In this document: piece after piece, positions 47,995-58,533 of the stretch
How positions within the stretch are numbered: the stretch's first letter is position 1
Layout: every line of letters starts with the position of its first letter
DNA from: an uncultured delta proteobacterium
Lineage (GTDB): Bacteria > Myxococcota_A > Polyangia > Polyangiales > Polyangiaceae
Assembly (NCBI GenBank): GCA_963716725.1
Contig: CAVQUB010000003.1
Coordinates: forward strand, 96,001 to 160,000
Direction: 5' to 3'
Length of the DNA: 64,000 nucleotides
Notes under the pieces: model-generated
Database searches by the model: none
Seen by the model: the letters and a program-made list of their open reading frames with translations, nothing else
Told to the model about the DNA's origin: nothing
Program-made: the position numbers and the translations under genes

Positions 47995-50183
47995 ACTCGC
48001 GTTGGCGTCTCGTCCCGCTCGTCGCCCTCGTAGCAGCGACTGCCTGCAAGAAGACCCCAACTGCGCCCGGGACCGATGCCGCGGTAGCGCCGAGCCAGAG
48101 CGCGGCTTCGGGTCCCGGCAGCGCCGCCGATCTCGTGCGCATCACCTCCGCCGAACAGCGCCGCACGACCTCCGAGATCAAGCCCGAGGACCTCGCGAGT
48201 CGCGACTCGAAGCTGCGAAGGCGGGCAGCGCGTGCTCTGTCGCGCATCGCGGATCCCGCAGCCCTCGAGCTGCTGAAGAAGTCCCTGGCGGACGAAGACG
48301 CCGAGGTCGTGGCCTGGTCCGCCTACGGTCTGGGCTACGGCTGCAAGGGAAATGAAGCCGCGACGGTGCGCGCGCTGGTCGGGCGGGCCGCCACGCTCTC
48401 GATCACGAAGATCGACCGCAGCGGCCCCTTGGATTGGGGCGCATCCTTTGCCGACGCGCTCGGTCGCTGTGGCAACGCCGAAGCAGAGGCCACGTTGCGC
48501 GCGTGGCTCGACATCGATGACAAGAGCGAAGCCGCTGCGCTCGCGCTCGGACGCATGGCGTCTCGTCGCAAGCGCTTGGACGACGCATCCATCGTCGCGT
48601 TGCTCGACGCCGCAAGCCGGCCCGACAAACCGGTCGCCTCCGCTCTCCTCGCCTTCACCCGAATAGACGCGGGCAGCGACATGATCAAGGCCCGCTTGTT
48701 CAACGTGGCCAACGACGCGCTGTCGGACTCGGCCGGGGCTCGCCGCTCCTTCGCGGTGCGTGCACTCGGGCGGGTGGGAGACGCGGCCGTGCCCGCGCTC
48801 TCGAAGGTGCTTCGGGAGCCCTCCTTCACCGTCACCGAGCGCTCCGACGCCGCACGGGAGCTGGCGCGGATCGGAGAAGCGGGGCAAGTCGAGCTGCGCA
48901 AGAGCCTCGCCGCTTTCGTACCGAAGCCAGAGACGCGCGCGACCTTGAAGGGCGCCGAGCTCGCGCCGCTTCGGGTTATCCTCGACTCGCTGGCGCTGCC
49001 GATTCGCGACGCCAAGCCCGCTCTGGATGAAATCGCGAGCATCGAGCTTCCCAAAGCCGACCCGGCTTTCGCGAGGCGGCTCATCGGCTTGCGCTGTCGC
49101 GCCGCCTCGCTGCTGGCGGGGGAGGGCATCGCCCAGCCGAAACTCGTGGCTTGTGACCCGGATCCGGAGGGGGTCGCGGGGCGCCTCGCGCTCTTGGAGG
49201 TGCTAGCGCGCGGCAAGCTGACGGGCACACGGTTCACCCGCTTCAAAGAGCTGGTCGAGAGCAAGGCCCCGCTCGTCCGCCAGGCCGCGCTGGAGCAGCT
49301 GGGCTCGCATCCGGAAGTCGCGGAGCCGGAGTCCATCTTGGCAAAAGCGCTGCGGGCCCCGGATGCCGGGACCGTCGCCACTGCAGCCCAGGTCATCGCG
49401 AGCTACCCGGATCGCGCCGCCGAAAGACGCACCCGAACGACCGCGACCGAGGCGGTCGATGGCGCCGCTCCAGCGCCGGAACCCATCAAGCCGCACGCCT
49501 CAATCGTGGACGCGCTCACGACAGCCTTCACATTGCAGCGTGCGCCGGACTCTACCGAGGTCTGGACCGCGCTCACCGACGCCGCCGGCGCCCTGCAGAT
49601 CCTGAGCTTCAAACCCAAGCTCGACGCTTTCTGCAAGAGCCCGAACCCGGCGCTGCGCCAGCACGCGGAGAAAGCACTCCGGGTGATGGGCGAGCAGAAG
49701 CGCGAGTGCAAAGCCGAAGGCCCGGCTCCTCGTCCGTCGGAGCTCGATCACCTCGTCAGCGACAAGGTCACGCTCGTCTTCGAGACCGACTCGGGTGAAG
49801 TGAAGTTGAGCTTGGACCCGGCGCTCGCTCCGGTCGCGGTCACTCGCTTCGTCGATCTCGCTCGCTCCGGTTTTTTCGAGAAGGTCCGCATCCACCGCGT
49901 GGTGCCCGGCTTCGTGGTTCAGCTCGGCGATCCCGGTGGCGACGGCTACGGCGGCGCCGGCAAGGCGCCCCTGGCCTGCGAGACCAGCCCCATCAGCTTC
50001 GATCCGCTCAGCGTGGGCGTCGCTTTGGCGGGGCGCGACACGGGCTCCAGCCAGCTCTTCGTCACCCTGGCGGCCTTCCCGCATTTGGACGGGGACTACG
50101 CGCTGATCGGACGCGCAGAGCCGGGCTGGGAGCGCATCGCGCAGGGTGACGTCGTGCAGAGAGTGCGCGTTCTTCCGCCCTGA
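47991..50183 (+). CDS. HEAT-repeat lipoprotein with C-terminal cyclophilin-type PPIase
   Basis: AATA-C lipobox, HEAT repeats, HRVVPGFVVQ.GDP, GRDTGSSQLF, HLDGDY. Confidence 0.9.
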   Translation: MNSRWRLVPLVALVAATACKKTPTAPGTDAAVAPSQSAASGPGSAADLVRITSAEQRRTTSEIKPEDLASRDSKLRRRAARALSRIADPAALELLKKSLADEDAEVVAWSAYGLGYGCKGNEAATVRALVGRAATLSITKIDRSGPLDWGASFADALGRCGNAEAEATLRAWLDIDDKSEAAALALGRMASRRKRLDDASIVALLDAASRPDKPVASALLAFTRIDAGSDMIKARLFNVANDALSDSAGARRSFAVRALGRVGDAAVPALSKVLREPSFTVTERSDAARELARIGEAGQVELRKSLAAFVPKPETRATLKGAELAPLRVILDSLALPIRDAKPALDEIASIELPKADPAFARRLIGLRCRAASLLAGEGIAQPKLVACDPDPEGVAGRLALLEVLARGKLTGTRFTRFKELVESKAPLVRQAALEQLGSHPEVAEPESILAKALRAPDAGTVATAAQVIASYPDRAAERRTRTTATEAVDGAAPAPEPIKPHASIVDALTTAFTLQRAPDSTEVWTALTDAAGALQILSFKPKLDAFCKSPNPALRQHAEKALRVMGEQKRECKAEGPAPRPSELDHLVSDKVTLVFETDSGEVKLSLDPALAPVAVTRFVDLARSGFFEKVRIHRVVPGFVVQLGDPGGDGYGGAGKAPLACETSPISFDPLSVGVALAGRDTGSSQLFVTLAAFPHLDGDYALIGRAEPGWERIAQGDVVQRVRVLPP

Positions 50184-50998
50184 TGGTACGCTCCGCGACC
50201 GTGCTGCTCGCCGTCGACATCGGAAACACCAACATCGTCTTCGGTCTGTACTCGGGCCGCGAGCTGGTTCAGACCTTTCGCTTTGCGACGGTGCACACCC
50301 GGACCGCCGACGAGTACGGCGTGCTCTTGCACCAACTGCTCTCGCTGCGGACGGCGGACCCTCGCAAGGTCGACGCCTCGATCATGGCCAGTGTCGTGCC
50401 GCCGCTCACCGACGTGATGTCCGAAGCAATTCGTCACGCAGTGGGCCAGGTGCCCTTGGTGGTCGGGCCGGGGACCAAGACCGGGATCAGCATCGTCTAC
50501 GATCACCCGCGGGACGTCGGAGCGGACCGGATCGTGAACGCGGTGGCGGCCTTCGAGCGCTTCAAGAGCGGCGCTATCATCGTGGATTTCGGCACGGCCA
50601 CCACCTTCGACTGCGTATCGCCGAAGGCGGAATACCTCGGTGGCGTGATCGTGCCCGGGGTCCGGGTCAGCCTCGACGCGCTGCTGGGCAAGGCAGCCAA
50701 GCTGTCGCGCATCGAGATCGCCGAGCCTCCGCAGGTGGTCGGTCAGAACACCACGCACGCGTTGCAGTCGGGCATCGTGTACGGCTACGCCTCACTGGTC
50801 GATGGCCTGGTGCGCAAGCTGAAGGCCGAGCTCGGGTTTCCTTGCCATGTGCTGGCGACGGGCGGTCTGGCGCCGCTGATCGTGAAGCACTGCGAGATGG
50901 TCGAGGGCATCGACGATCACTTGACGCTGGAAGGGCTTCGTATCTTGCACGAGCGCAACGGCAAGGCCGAAGCTCAGCGTGGCCAGGCTGCGCAGTAG
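50183..50998 (+). CDS. coaX: Type III pantothenate kinase
   Basis: DIGNTN, SVVP, VGADR, VDFGTATT, GGVIVPG, ATGG. Confidence 0.95.
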   Translation: MVRSATVLLAVDIGNTNIVFGLYSGRELVQTFRFATVHTRTADEYGVLLHQLLSLRTADPRKVDASIMASVVPPLTDVMSEAIRHAVGQVPLVVGPGTKTGISIVYDHPRDVGADRIVNAVAAFERFKSGAIIVDFGTATTFDCVSPKAEYLGGVIVPGVRVSLDALLGKAAKLSRIEIAEPPQVVGQNTTHALQSGIVYGYASLVDGLVRKLKAELGFPCHVLATGGLAPLIVKHCEMVEGIDDHLTLEGLRILHERNGKAEAQRGQAAQ

Positions 50999-52016
50999 GC
51001 CTGGTCGCTGGGCGTCATGTCTCGAATCGCTCGCGTTCGGTCTGCTCTTCGCAGCGCTGGTGGTGACCGTGATTGCGGCGGTGCGCTTCGGCGTCGAGCC
51101 CATCGACCTCGGCAGAGCCTTGCGCGAGCCCGAGAGCCTCGACGCGACCATCTTGTGGTCCGCGCGGTTGCCACGCGTGCTCTTGGCGTGCCTGGCCGGA
51201 GGCGCGCTCTCGGTGACCGGGGTGGCGTTTCAGGCCCTGCTCCGCAACCCGCTCGCCGACCCCTACGTGCTCGGAGTCTCGGGCGGAGCTGCCGCCGGCG
51301 CGACGCTGGCCCTGGTCGCGGGAACGAGCGCGTTTTCCATCGTGGGTGCCGCGGTGGTCCCAGCGGCAGCGCTGGCGGGCGGGCTCATCGCCACCTTCTT
51401 GGTCTACGGCATTGCGCGCGCCGGAGGCGAAGTGAGCGGCACGACCATCGTGCTCGCAGGAGTAATCGTCAACGCGATCGCCGCCAGCGTGATCACCTTC
51501 GTGAAGACGTTGGTGTCCGCCGCCAAGGCGCAAGAGCTCTTGTTCTGGCTGATGGGTTTTCTGGACGTGCCCTCGACGCCGCAGCTCATTGCCTGCGCGG
51601 TCTGGGTGACCGTCGGACTCGTGCCCATCGTGCTCGACTCCGGAAGGCTCAACCTGCTCGCGTTGGGCCGTGAGCCTGCCTCACACCTGGGCGTGGACGT
51701 GCCGCGCCTCGAACGTCGGGTGTTCTTCGCCGCCTCGGCCATCGCAGGCGCGGTGGTGAGCCTGACCGGACTGATCGGCTTCGTCGGACTGGTGGTGCCG
51801 CACGCGGTCCGGCGCATGCTGGGCCCGGACCACCGAGTGCTCGTCCCGGCCTCGCTGCTGCTCGGCGCGACCACGCTGGCCGCCTGTGATCTGGTCACCC
51901 GCGCGCTGTTCCGCTGGCTCGAGACCGAACCCCCGGTCGGCGCGGTGACCGCGCTGATCGGCGGTCCGCTCTTCCTGGTGATCCTGTACCGAAGCCGGAG
52001 CCGCGCCTTCGACTGA
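50979..52016 (+). CDS. FecCD/BtuC-family ABC permease
   Basis: RLPR, LRNPLADPYVLGVSGGA, GLIGFVGLVVPH, PVGAVTALIGGP. Confidence 0.95.
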   Translation: MARLRSRPGRWASCLESLAFGLLFAALVVTVIAAVRFGVEPIDLGRALREPESLDATILWSARLPRVLLACLAGGALSVTGVAFQALLRNPLADPYVLGVSGGAAAGATLALVAGTSAFSIVGAAVVPAAALAGGLIATFLVYGIARAGGEVSGTTIVLAGVIVNAIAASVITFVKTLVSAAKAQELLFWLMGFLDVPSTPQLIACAVWVTVGLVPIVLDSGRLNLLALGREPASHLGVDVPRLERRVFFAASAIAGAVVSLTGLIGFVGLVVPHAVRRMLGPDHRVLVPASLLLGATTLAACDLVTRALFRWLETEPPVGAVTALIGGPLFLVILYRSRSRAFD

Positions 52017-52117
52017 GCAGGTAGTGCCCTTCGCAGTGCGAAGCGGCCAACCGCGCACTGGTTGAGCCAGTTCATCGAGCCACGCGCCTTTCGTAGCGAA
52101 TACCGGCGGCACGATCC

Positions 52118-52681
52118 GTGCACTGGTTCAACCACATGACTCATCTCGTGCGGCTCTCCGGCGCCCGGCACCTCCTGATCTGCCTTCCGGTGCCGGCGGT
52201 GCCCCTGGCCCGGCTCACGCCCGCCGAGCGCGCCGTGGTCGAAGGCGTCCTCGCCGGCAAGTCGAACGCGGAGCTGGCCCGAGAGCGCTCGACCTGCACG
52301 CGCACCGTCGCCAACCAGCTCTCGGCCGCGTACCACAAGCTCGGGGTGCGTACTCGCGCGGAACTCGCCCGGAAGCTCTCGGCACCCAGCGGACACCCGA
52401 ACGCCGCGGTGCTCGAGCTGCTCACCGGGGGCTGGATCCTGACAGAGCGGGTGGACGCCGGCGATCGAGGTTGGGCCATCGCGAGGCCGCGGTCCACGCC
52501 GCTGACGACCGCCGAGATCGACGCGCTGCGCGCGCGCGCACTGGGCGCGTCGCTGGCCAAGATCGCCGCGGCGCTGGGCGTGAGCGAGCCCACGGCGTGC
52601 CGACGGGTCAAGAGCGGCATGCAGAAGCTCGGCGTTGGTTCCGTCGCAGAGCTGGCGCGGGTGTTGGCGGAGTGTGCGTGA
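52118..52681 (+). CDS. Double LuxR-type HTH regulator
   Basis: LTPAERAV..GKSNAELA..TVANQL..YHKLGV..RAEL, plus a second similar HTH. Confidence 0.8.
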   Translation: MHWFNHMTHLVRLSGARHLLICLPVPAVPLARLTPAERAVVEGVLAGKSNAELARERSTCTRTVANQLSAAYHKLGVRTRAELARKLSAPSGHPNAAVLELLTGGWILTERVDAGDRGWAIARPRSTPLTTAEIDALRARALGASLAKIAAALGVSEPTACRRVKSGMQKLGVGSVAELARVLAECA

Positions 52682-52696
52682 ATCAGGTCGTCAGAC

Positions 52697-54181
52697 TCAG
52701 GGCTTCACTTCGTCGGCGCCGAGGTCGGGCGCGCCCTGATCGTGCGCTTGACCGTCCATGTCCACGCCGGCAGAAGGTCCGCTCACACCCTTGTCGATGG
52801 CGTTGGTCGCGCCAGCGGTCAGGTGGAAGTCCTTGCCCGCGCTGGCGAAGTAACCGAGGGGGGTGCTCTGCAGGTTGTGATCCACCGTGCCCTTGGCGCC
52901 GTCGCGCATCGTGATCTTGCTCACCAGGTTGTTCTGAATGACCGCGAAAGTCTCGGCGAAGCGATAGTCGATGGAGCTGAAGAACTTGGTAGCCCCGCTG
53001 CCATGCACCACCGTGTTGTGCACGACCAGCGGCTGCTTGGCGATGGCAAGCTCGATGCCCGTGTCGTAGAAGGCGTGGTTCGCCCAGATCACGTTGTTGC
53101 GGATGATGCCGTCGTAGTGCGCGAGCTTGACGCCGCCGTTCGGGTTGTCGGGGTACGCGCGCTCGCCTATCCCACCGCCGAGACCAAAGCCCACACCGCG
53201 CGCGCAGTCGACGATGGTGTTGTTCTCGACCAAGGTGTCTCGGCTGCCCTTCCAAAAGTGAATGGCGTGTTCGGCGAGGCCGCCAGCGTCGCAATAGATG
53301 CCTTCGAAGCGGTTGTTGCGCACGACCCACTTCCAGCCCGCGTGCACGTCGATGCCGCCGGTGTAGCAGCCGCCGCAACACTTCTCGACCTTCGGCCGAC
53401 CGGCAGCGGTCATCACGAACTCGGAGCACTCGACCCGGCCCTCGTCGATATAGCCGGGAGTGCTGCCGTTCGGGTTCACCTTGATGAACTGTTCGCCGTT
53501 GTCCACCAGCCGCGCGCCGTACACCACCAGGTTCTTCACGTCTTGGTTGGCGCCGGGCGGGTAGGCGTGAATCGCGTGGTCGACGGCCTGCGTCAGCGTC
53601 ACGTGCGCCACGGTCACGTTGCTCGCGCTCACCGCGATCAGCTCGTTCACGGCGTACTTGCCGTCGATGGTCACCTTGGTCGCGTCGTTCGACGCCGAGC
53701 GCAGCGCAACACCCGCCTTCGCGAGCTGCAAGGTCGAGGTGATGGGGTAGTTTCCGTCTGCGAGCAGGATGGTCGAGCCCGCCGCCGCGTTCTTCACGAT
53801 CGTGTGCAGATTGCCCGCGTCGGTGGGCTTGGCATTGACCACCGCGCCGGTCGCGGCCGGAAGCGCCGGGCAGGCGAGGCCCGCGCCTCCCGTGCCGCCG
53901 GTGCCCGTGCCGCCGGTGCCCGCGCCGCCGGTGCCCGCGCCGCCGGTGCCCGCGCCGCCGGTGCCCGCGCCGCCGGTGCCCGCGCCGCCGGTGCCCGCGC
54001 CGCCGGTGCCCGTGCCGCCGGTGCTCGCGCCGCCGGTGCCCGCGCCACCGGTGCCGCCACCCGCGGCGCCGCCGGTCGCGGTGCCGCCCGATCCGCCGGT
54101 GCCCGGCTTCGAGCCCGAGTCGTCATCGGAACCACAAGCCACGAACCCAAAGACCAACACGCCCAGAGCCACGAGCCGCAT
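52697..54181 (-). CDS. Lipoprotein with GTGGA linker and right-handed beta-helix domain
   Basis: FVA-C lipobox, (GTGGA)n, NN-rich parallel beta-helix, DFHL..AID.G..D.DG..PDLGADE. Confidence 0.85.
   Translation of the reverse strand: MRLVALGVLVFGFVACGSDDDSGSKPGTGGSGGTATGGAAGGGTGGAGTGGASTGGTGTGGAGTGGAGTGGAGTGGAGTGGAGTGGAGTGGTGTGGTGGAGLACPALPAATGAVVNAKPTDAGNLHTIVKNAAAGSTILLADGNYPITSTLQLAKAGVALRSASNDATKVTIDGKYAVNELIAVSASNVTVAHVTLTQAVDHAIHAYPPGANQDVKNLVVYGARLVDNGEQFIKVNPNGSTPGYIDEGRVECSEFVMTAAGRPKVEKCCGGCYTGGIDVHAGWKWVVRNNRFEGIYCDAGGLAEHAIHFWKGSRDTLVENNTIVDCARGVGFGLGGGIGERAYPDNPNGGVKLAHYDGIIRNNVIWANHAFYDTGIELAIAKQPLVVHNTVVHGSGATKFFSSIDYRFAETFAVIQNNLVSKITMRDGAKGTVDHNLQSTPLGYFASAGKDFHLTAGATNAIDKGVSGPSAGVDMDGQAHDQGAPDLGADEVKP
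53884..54058 (-). repeat. 15-bp coding tandem repeat (GTGGA)
   Basis: GCCGGTGCCCGCGCC units in tandem. Confidence 0.9.
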
Positions 54182-54479
54182 GGGACGAGGGTAAAGGAGT
54201 TCGTCGGCCCCGGCACCGTTATCCGTCGGCGCGCTCTTTTCATTGCCGTCGCGATCTCATCGGCGCCCAATCGACCCCGGCCCAAGCCCAGACACGAGCT
54301 GTCGCTCGGCCCCGCAGCGGCGGCTCACTATGCCGCGACGGACCGGCGGCGACGCGCTTTTCAAACCCCCGCTAGGCCAGCGTGAAGCTCGTCTCGCCGG
54401 ATCCGGCCAGGCGCTGGCGAAGAGCGACGGCGCAGCAGCACGCGCGCCGTCGCGACGAACCCTGGCGTTCCCGACCCAC

Positions 54480-54528
54480 AAAAAACCCGTCCCCCCCGTT
54501 CGCGCGCGAGCGCGAATTTGGGGGGGAC
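54480..54528 (-). terminator. Rho-independent terminator after the 54560-55231 gene
   Basis: GTCCCCCCC..GGGGGGGAC stem with inner TTCGCGC/GCGCGAA, followed by a T-tract on the minus strand. Confidence 0.7.
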
Positions 54529-54559
54529 CGACGCCGCTTCGCGGCGGCGAGGGGGGGCA

Positions 54560-55231
54560 TCACTTCTCGTAGAGTTGAGCGGCGGCGATGCCCGATCCGC
54601 CTGCGACTTCGAGCACCAGCTTGACCGGGACGGCCATGGGGAAGGCGTTCTTGTAGCAGTTCGGTTTCTTGCCGAGCACGGCCTGGGCGCCGGTGTCCTG
54701 ATCGTTCGCGAGGATCATCGCCGAACCCGGGAGGGGCGTCACGGCGACGAACTTCACGTTGACCTCGCTCACCGGCGCTAGACCCGAAGCGACGACCGTG
54801 TAGCACTTGCCAGGCTGAAGCTGGACCTGCGACTCGAGGAACTGGCCCTGCTGGAAGTTACCCGCGAGGGCCGATCCGACCGGCTTGCTGCCGGCGACCG
54901 CGTTCTGCGTCGCGAGCTGGTTCAAAACCTGCGTCGCCGCGCCTGCGAGCATCGGATCGACGGGCTGCGCCTGGCCGCCGCCTGCCGGCGGCGCTGTGGG
55001 CGCAGCGGTGGGCTGCGCCGTGGGTTGAGCGCCCGGCTGCTGCTGCGGGTAGGCGCCCGGCTGCTGCTGCGGGTAGGCGCCCGGCTGCTGCTGATAGCCG
55101 CCCGGCTGCTGCTGGCCGTACGGCTGCTGCTGGTAACCCGCCGTCTGGGCTTCGTCGTCCTTCTTCTTGCAACCCACCATGCCGCTGAGAACGACCACGC
55201 CAACAACACTAAGGATGAACCCGTTTCGCAT
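54560..55231 (-). CDS. Lipoprotein with QQQPG(A/G)Y repeats
   Basis: GMVG-CKKK lipobox, Gln/Pro/Tyr repeats, LQPGKCYTVVA..G.GIAAAQLY domain. Confidence 0.8.
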   Translation of the reverse strand: MRNGFILSVVGVVVLSGMVGCKKKDDEAQTAGYQQQPYGQQQPGGYQQQPGAYPQQQPGAYPQQQPGAQPTAQPTAAPTAPPAGGGQAQPVDPMLAGAATQVLNQLATQNAVAGSKPVGSALAGNFQQGQFLESQVQLQPGKCYTVVASGLAPVSEVNVKFVAVTPLPGSAMILANDQDTGAQAVLGKKPNCYKNAFPMAVPVKLVLEVAGGSGIAAAQLYEK

Positions 55232-55366
55232 GACAACTCCTCGCTCGCGCCTCTCGTACGGTTTCCGCACGCGCGGCGACCTAGGGCCGCGGAAGGCTAC
55301 AATTAGACGGGCCGCGGGGTAAAGCTCGTCACGCGGCGGGCTAATTTCTGGGAAAAGCCTGCAAAA

Positions 55367-57676
55367 TCAAGGAAGAACCACGGCGCCGGGGTTCCGATCG
55401 ACGCCCCCGCTGTGCTCCGTTTGCGGAGCGCCAGGCAGACTCGCTTGCGCGTGGAGGCTCCAGGTGGCTCCCGCGGCGGCGGCCGGTGCCCCCTTTGGCA
55501 GCGTGTAGGTTTGCGTGCCGCCGGCGTCCACGAAGATGCCGTAGGTCGGCATCTCGTCGCGAGTGGTGAAGGGCCCGGCGTGCCCGAGCGACGCGCAACC
55601 GTAGGTGTTGGCCCCGGCCGGCGTGTACGTGTCGTCGCCACCGATGTTGATCAGGCCGCCCGCGCCCTGTGAGTTGCCGCAGCCCAGCGAGAGCCCGGGC
55701 GCGGTGTAGTCGTCGTTGCCGCCGGCATCGACCTGCAGCGCACCGGAGAAGTCATGACCCACGCCGATGCTCGTCGCGCGGACGGGGAAGTCTTTGTTGT
55801 ACAGGTCGTCGCCGGCGTGATCGAAGTGAAAGCCCAGCGCAAAGTGCGCGCTCGCGCCTTGCACGTACCAGAGCCCCTTGTAGGTGTCGTTGCCGGATTT
55901 GTCGGAGAGCACACCGAAGCCCAGCCAGTAGCCCGATCCCTGCCCGAAGACGCTGACCGTGTACTCGTCTTTGCCGGCGCGGTCGTAGAGCACGCCGTGC
56001 CCGCCGCCCATGTAGAGCTTGCTCTTGTCGTCGCGCCGACCGAAGCCCGCGCCCTGACACATGCTGGTATTGCCTTGACCCGGCAGTTGCGCCGACGGGT
56101 AGAGCGGATCGCCGCCGATGGCCGGATCACCCGGATCCGCAAACCAGTGATCGTCGCCGCCGCCGTCGATGGCCACGCCGACCCCGCGCACGTAGCCGAA
56201 GCCCTGGGACGCGTAGAACGTGCGGTACTCGTCGCTGCCCGCCCGATCGATCAGCGCGCCGATGCCCCACATCGCCGAGCCTTGGCTGGTGCTCTCGGCC
56301 ACGTAGCGATCGTCGCCGCCGTCGTCGAAGAGCACGCCCACGCCCATCGCGCCGGCGCCTTGAGAGAGGGTCAGGGAGGCGTATTCGTCGTCCTGCCCGC
56401 CGAGATCCCAGAGCAGACCGACGCCGAGCACCCCGCTGCCCTGACGCCCGACCCGCGACAGCGTCTGACCCGTGGCGCCGGCGAGCCCGTAGCGACCCGC
56501 GGAGTCCGACGGCGGTCGCGTCGCCTTGTCCAGCGAATCGGCGGAGATCTCGTAACCGTAGCGATCCTTGCCGCCCAGATCGACGAAGACCCCGACCGGG
56601 ACTTCGCGCCGACCGACTCCGATCGGGACTTCGTAGGTGTCATCACCACCGAGCTCGAGCACGAACGCGCCGCGCTCGGCGAGGTGCCCCGCCGCGTAGG
56701 TGTCGGATCCGGGACCTCCGATCACGACGGCACCAATCGGCGTGTCGACGGCCAGTGCCGGCAGCGCGCGGTTCGCGAACTTGGACAGGCTCGCCGCCTC
56801 CACGGCCCGCGCCACCAGGGCGGCCGCAGCCGCGAGGCGCTTCTCGTCGACCTTCTTCAAATAGCCGACGCTGGTCGTGTCCACCAGGAACGGCGCCGTG
56901 GGCAGGATCACGAAGCCGTGCACGCGCTCGAGGAAGTCGAGCTCTTCGCTGACGTCGGTGCCGAACGACGCGCGCACCTCGCTCGCGGCATAGGCGATGG
57001 TCGCAAGCACTGGCACCAGCGCCTGTTGCAGATCGAGCGGCACGCCCTGGGTCACGGCCGCCAGATCCGAAGCGTTGCCCGCGCCCAGCTTCGACAGCGC
57101 TGCCGCCAGCGGCGCCGCATCGGCGCTCACCAGATCCCAACCGTCGAGCTTGGCGCAAACGTCGATGTCGTGGCCCTTGCGCACCGAGGCCGCGAGCACG
57201 ACGCTCGACACGGTCTGATCGCCGTCGAGCGCGGCATCGAAGAAGCTCTCGGTCTCTTGCACGAAGCTCGGCGCGCGCAGGATCGCGGAGTGCAGCGGGC
57301 GAAAGCTCGGGAGCTGATAGCCGTCGTCGGCAAAGATCGGCTTCCAGATCGCCATCGTCGCGTCCGAAAACCCGTAGCCGCAGCGGTCGATGCCGGCTTT
57401 GCCCAGCGCGTCGTCGAGGGCGTCGGGAGCCGATGGTTTCTTCACCGGGCAGCTCGCGTCGCCGGGCGGCGGCGCCGCGGCAGGTGACTTCACGCAAATC
57501 GGGCTGAGCGGTTGGGACACGTCGCCCGCCTCACCGGCGACTCCCCCGGTGCCGCCGCCGACGGAGCCCCCGGCGCCGCCGGAGCCCGCCGGCTCGCCGC
57601 CGTCGTCGCCCCCGCACGCGGCAAACACTCCGCCCGAGAGCAGCGCCAGAACACCCAACCCCGAGAGCAGACGCAT
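55367..57676 (-). CDS. Large lipoprotein with repeated DxxGDDxY / QG.G..G.G.L motifs
   Basis: FAA-C lipobox; many D..G.D.Y repeats suggesting a Ca-binding beta-solenoid. Confidence 0.8.
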   Translation of the reverse strand: MRLLSGLGVLALLSGGVFAACGGDDGGEPAGSGGAGGSVGGGTGGVAGEAGDVSQPLSPICVKSPAAAPPPGDASCPVKKPSAPDALDDALGKAGIDRCGYGFSDATMAIWKPIFADDGYQLPSFRPLHSAILRAPSFVQETESFFDAALDGDQTVSSVVLAASVRKGHDIDVCAKLDGWDLVSADAAPLAAALSKLGAGNASDLAAVTQGVPLDLQQALVPVLATIAYAASEVRASFGTDVSEELDFLERVHGFVILPTAPFLVDTTSVGYLKKVDEKRLAAAAALVARAVEAASLSKFANRALPALAVDTPIGAVVIGGPGSDTYAAGHLAERGAFVLELGGDDTYEVPIGVGRREVPVGVFVDLGGKDRYGYEISADSLDKATRPPSDSAGRYGLAGATGQTLSRVGRQGSGVLGVGLLWDLGGQDDEYASLTLSQGAGAMGVGVLFDDGGDDRYVAESTSQGSAMWGIGALIDRAGSDEYRTFYASQGFGYVRGVGVAIDGGGDDHWFADPGDPAIGGDPLYPSAQLPGQGNTSMCQGAGFGRRDDKSKLYMGGGHGVLYDRAGKDEYTVSVFGQGSGYWLGFGVLSDKSGNDTYKGLWYVQGASAHFALGFHFDHAGDDLYNKDFPVRATSIGVGHDFSGALQVDAGGNDDYTAPGLSLGCGNSQGAGGLINIGGDDTYTPAGANTYGCASLGHAGPFTTRDEMPTYGIFVDAGGTQTYTLPKGAPAAAAGATWSLHAQASLPGAPQTEHSGGVDRNPGAVVLP

Positions 57677-57729
57677 CAGGCGCCGAGCTTAGCGTGGAAC
57701 CCGACCGCATGCAGCGCTAGCGTTGGCGC

Positions 57730-58533
57730 GTGCGATTCGCGCTCATCACCGATCAACACTTTGGGCCCAAGGCGTTCTTCGGCGGCAAGCTCCGCAAACT
57801 GAGCCACGAGGCCGCGGATCTGACGCGCAGCTTCGTGGAGCGCATGAACCAGGTCGAGAGACCCGAGCTGGTCGTGAACCTGGGCGACGTGGTCGAGGAC
57901 GAGAGTCGGGACCACGACCTCGAGCGCTACGCGGAGTTCGTGGGCATCCTCTCGGAGCTGGACGCGCCAGTGCTGCACGTCGCGGGCAACCACGATCAGG
58001 TCAACCTGAGCGACGACGATCTCCGCTCGCTCTGGGGACACGCAGGGCCGCTGCACTACAGCCGCGATCTGGGCGGAGTGCATTTCGTCGTGTTGAACAC
58101 CCTCGAGACCAAGGACGTCTGCGTGCGACTGCCAGCCCAGCAGATCGAGTGGCTCGCCCGCGATCTCCAGGCCGCGACCGCGCCTGTCGTGGTGCTGATG
58201 CACCACCCGGCCAGCGAGCAGGACTTGAGCGGCAATCGCTGGTTCGAGAAGGCCCCGCACATCTGCCGTGTGGCCGAGCGCCGCGAGCTCCGGCGCGTGC
58301 TGGAAGAGAGCGGGAAGGTCGCGGCCGTGTTCAACGGCCACGCACACTGGAATCACGTCGACCTGATCCGCGGCATCCCCTACCTGACCCTGCAGAGCCT
58401 GATCGAAAACCTCGACGACGACGCGCCCGGGCGCCCGGCGTCCGCCTTCGCGGTGGTGGACCTCGACGACAAGCGGCTCTGCGTTCGCGTCGACGGCGCG
58501 GAGGCGGCGCGCTACCAATTCGAACGCGGCTGA
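57730..58533 (+). CDS. Calcineurin-like metallophosphoesterase
   Basis: TDQH, LGDVV, GNHD, MHHP, NGHAH. Confidence 0.92.
   Translation: MRFALITDQHFGPKAFFGGKLRKLSHEAADLTRSFVERMNQVERPELVVNLGDVVEDESRDHDLERYAEFVGILSELDAPVLHVAGNHDQVNLSDDDLRSLWGHAGPLHYSRDLGGVHFVVLNTLETKDVCVRLPAQQIEWLARDLQAATAPVVVLMHHPASEQDLSGNRWFEKAPHICRVAERRELRRVLEESGKVAAVFNGHAHWNHVDLIRGIPYLTLQSLIENLDDDAPGRPASAFAVVDLDDKRLCVRVDGAEAARYQFERG

Noticed and set aside
53884..54058. CRISPR array or non-coding VNTR
   Set aside because: Contiguous 15-bp units without spacers; they encode an in-frame GTGGA linker, and no cas genes are present.
54190..54530. Second sRNA in the 54.2-54.5 kb intergenic region
   Set aside because: Only a terminator hairpin is clear, and it is explained by the upstream minus-strand gene; no promoter motif recognised.
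55030..55135. QQQPG(A/G)Y and PYG repeats as further splicease substrates
   Set aside because: Only one YG, no YGPP context, no Zn-finger leader; more likely a low-complexity linker.
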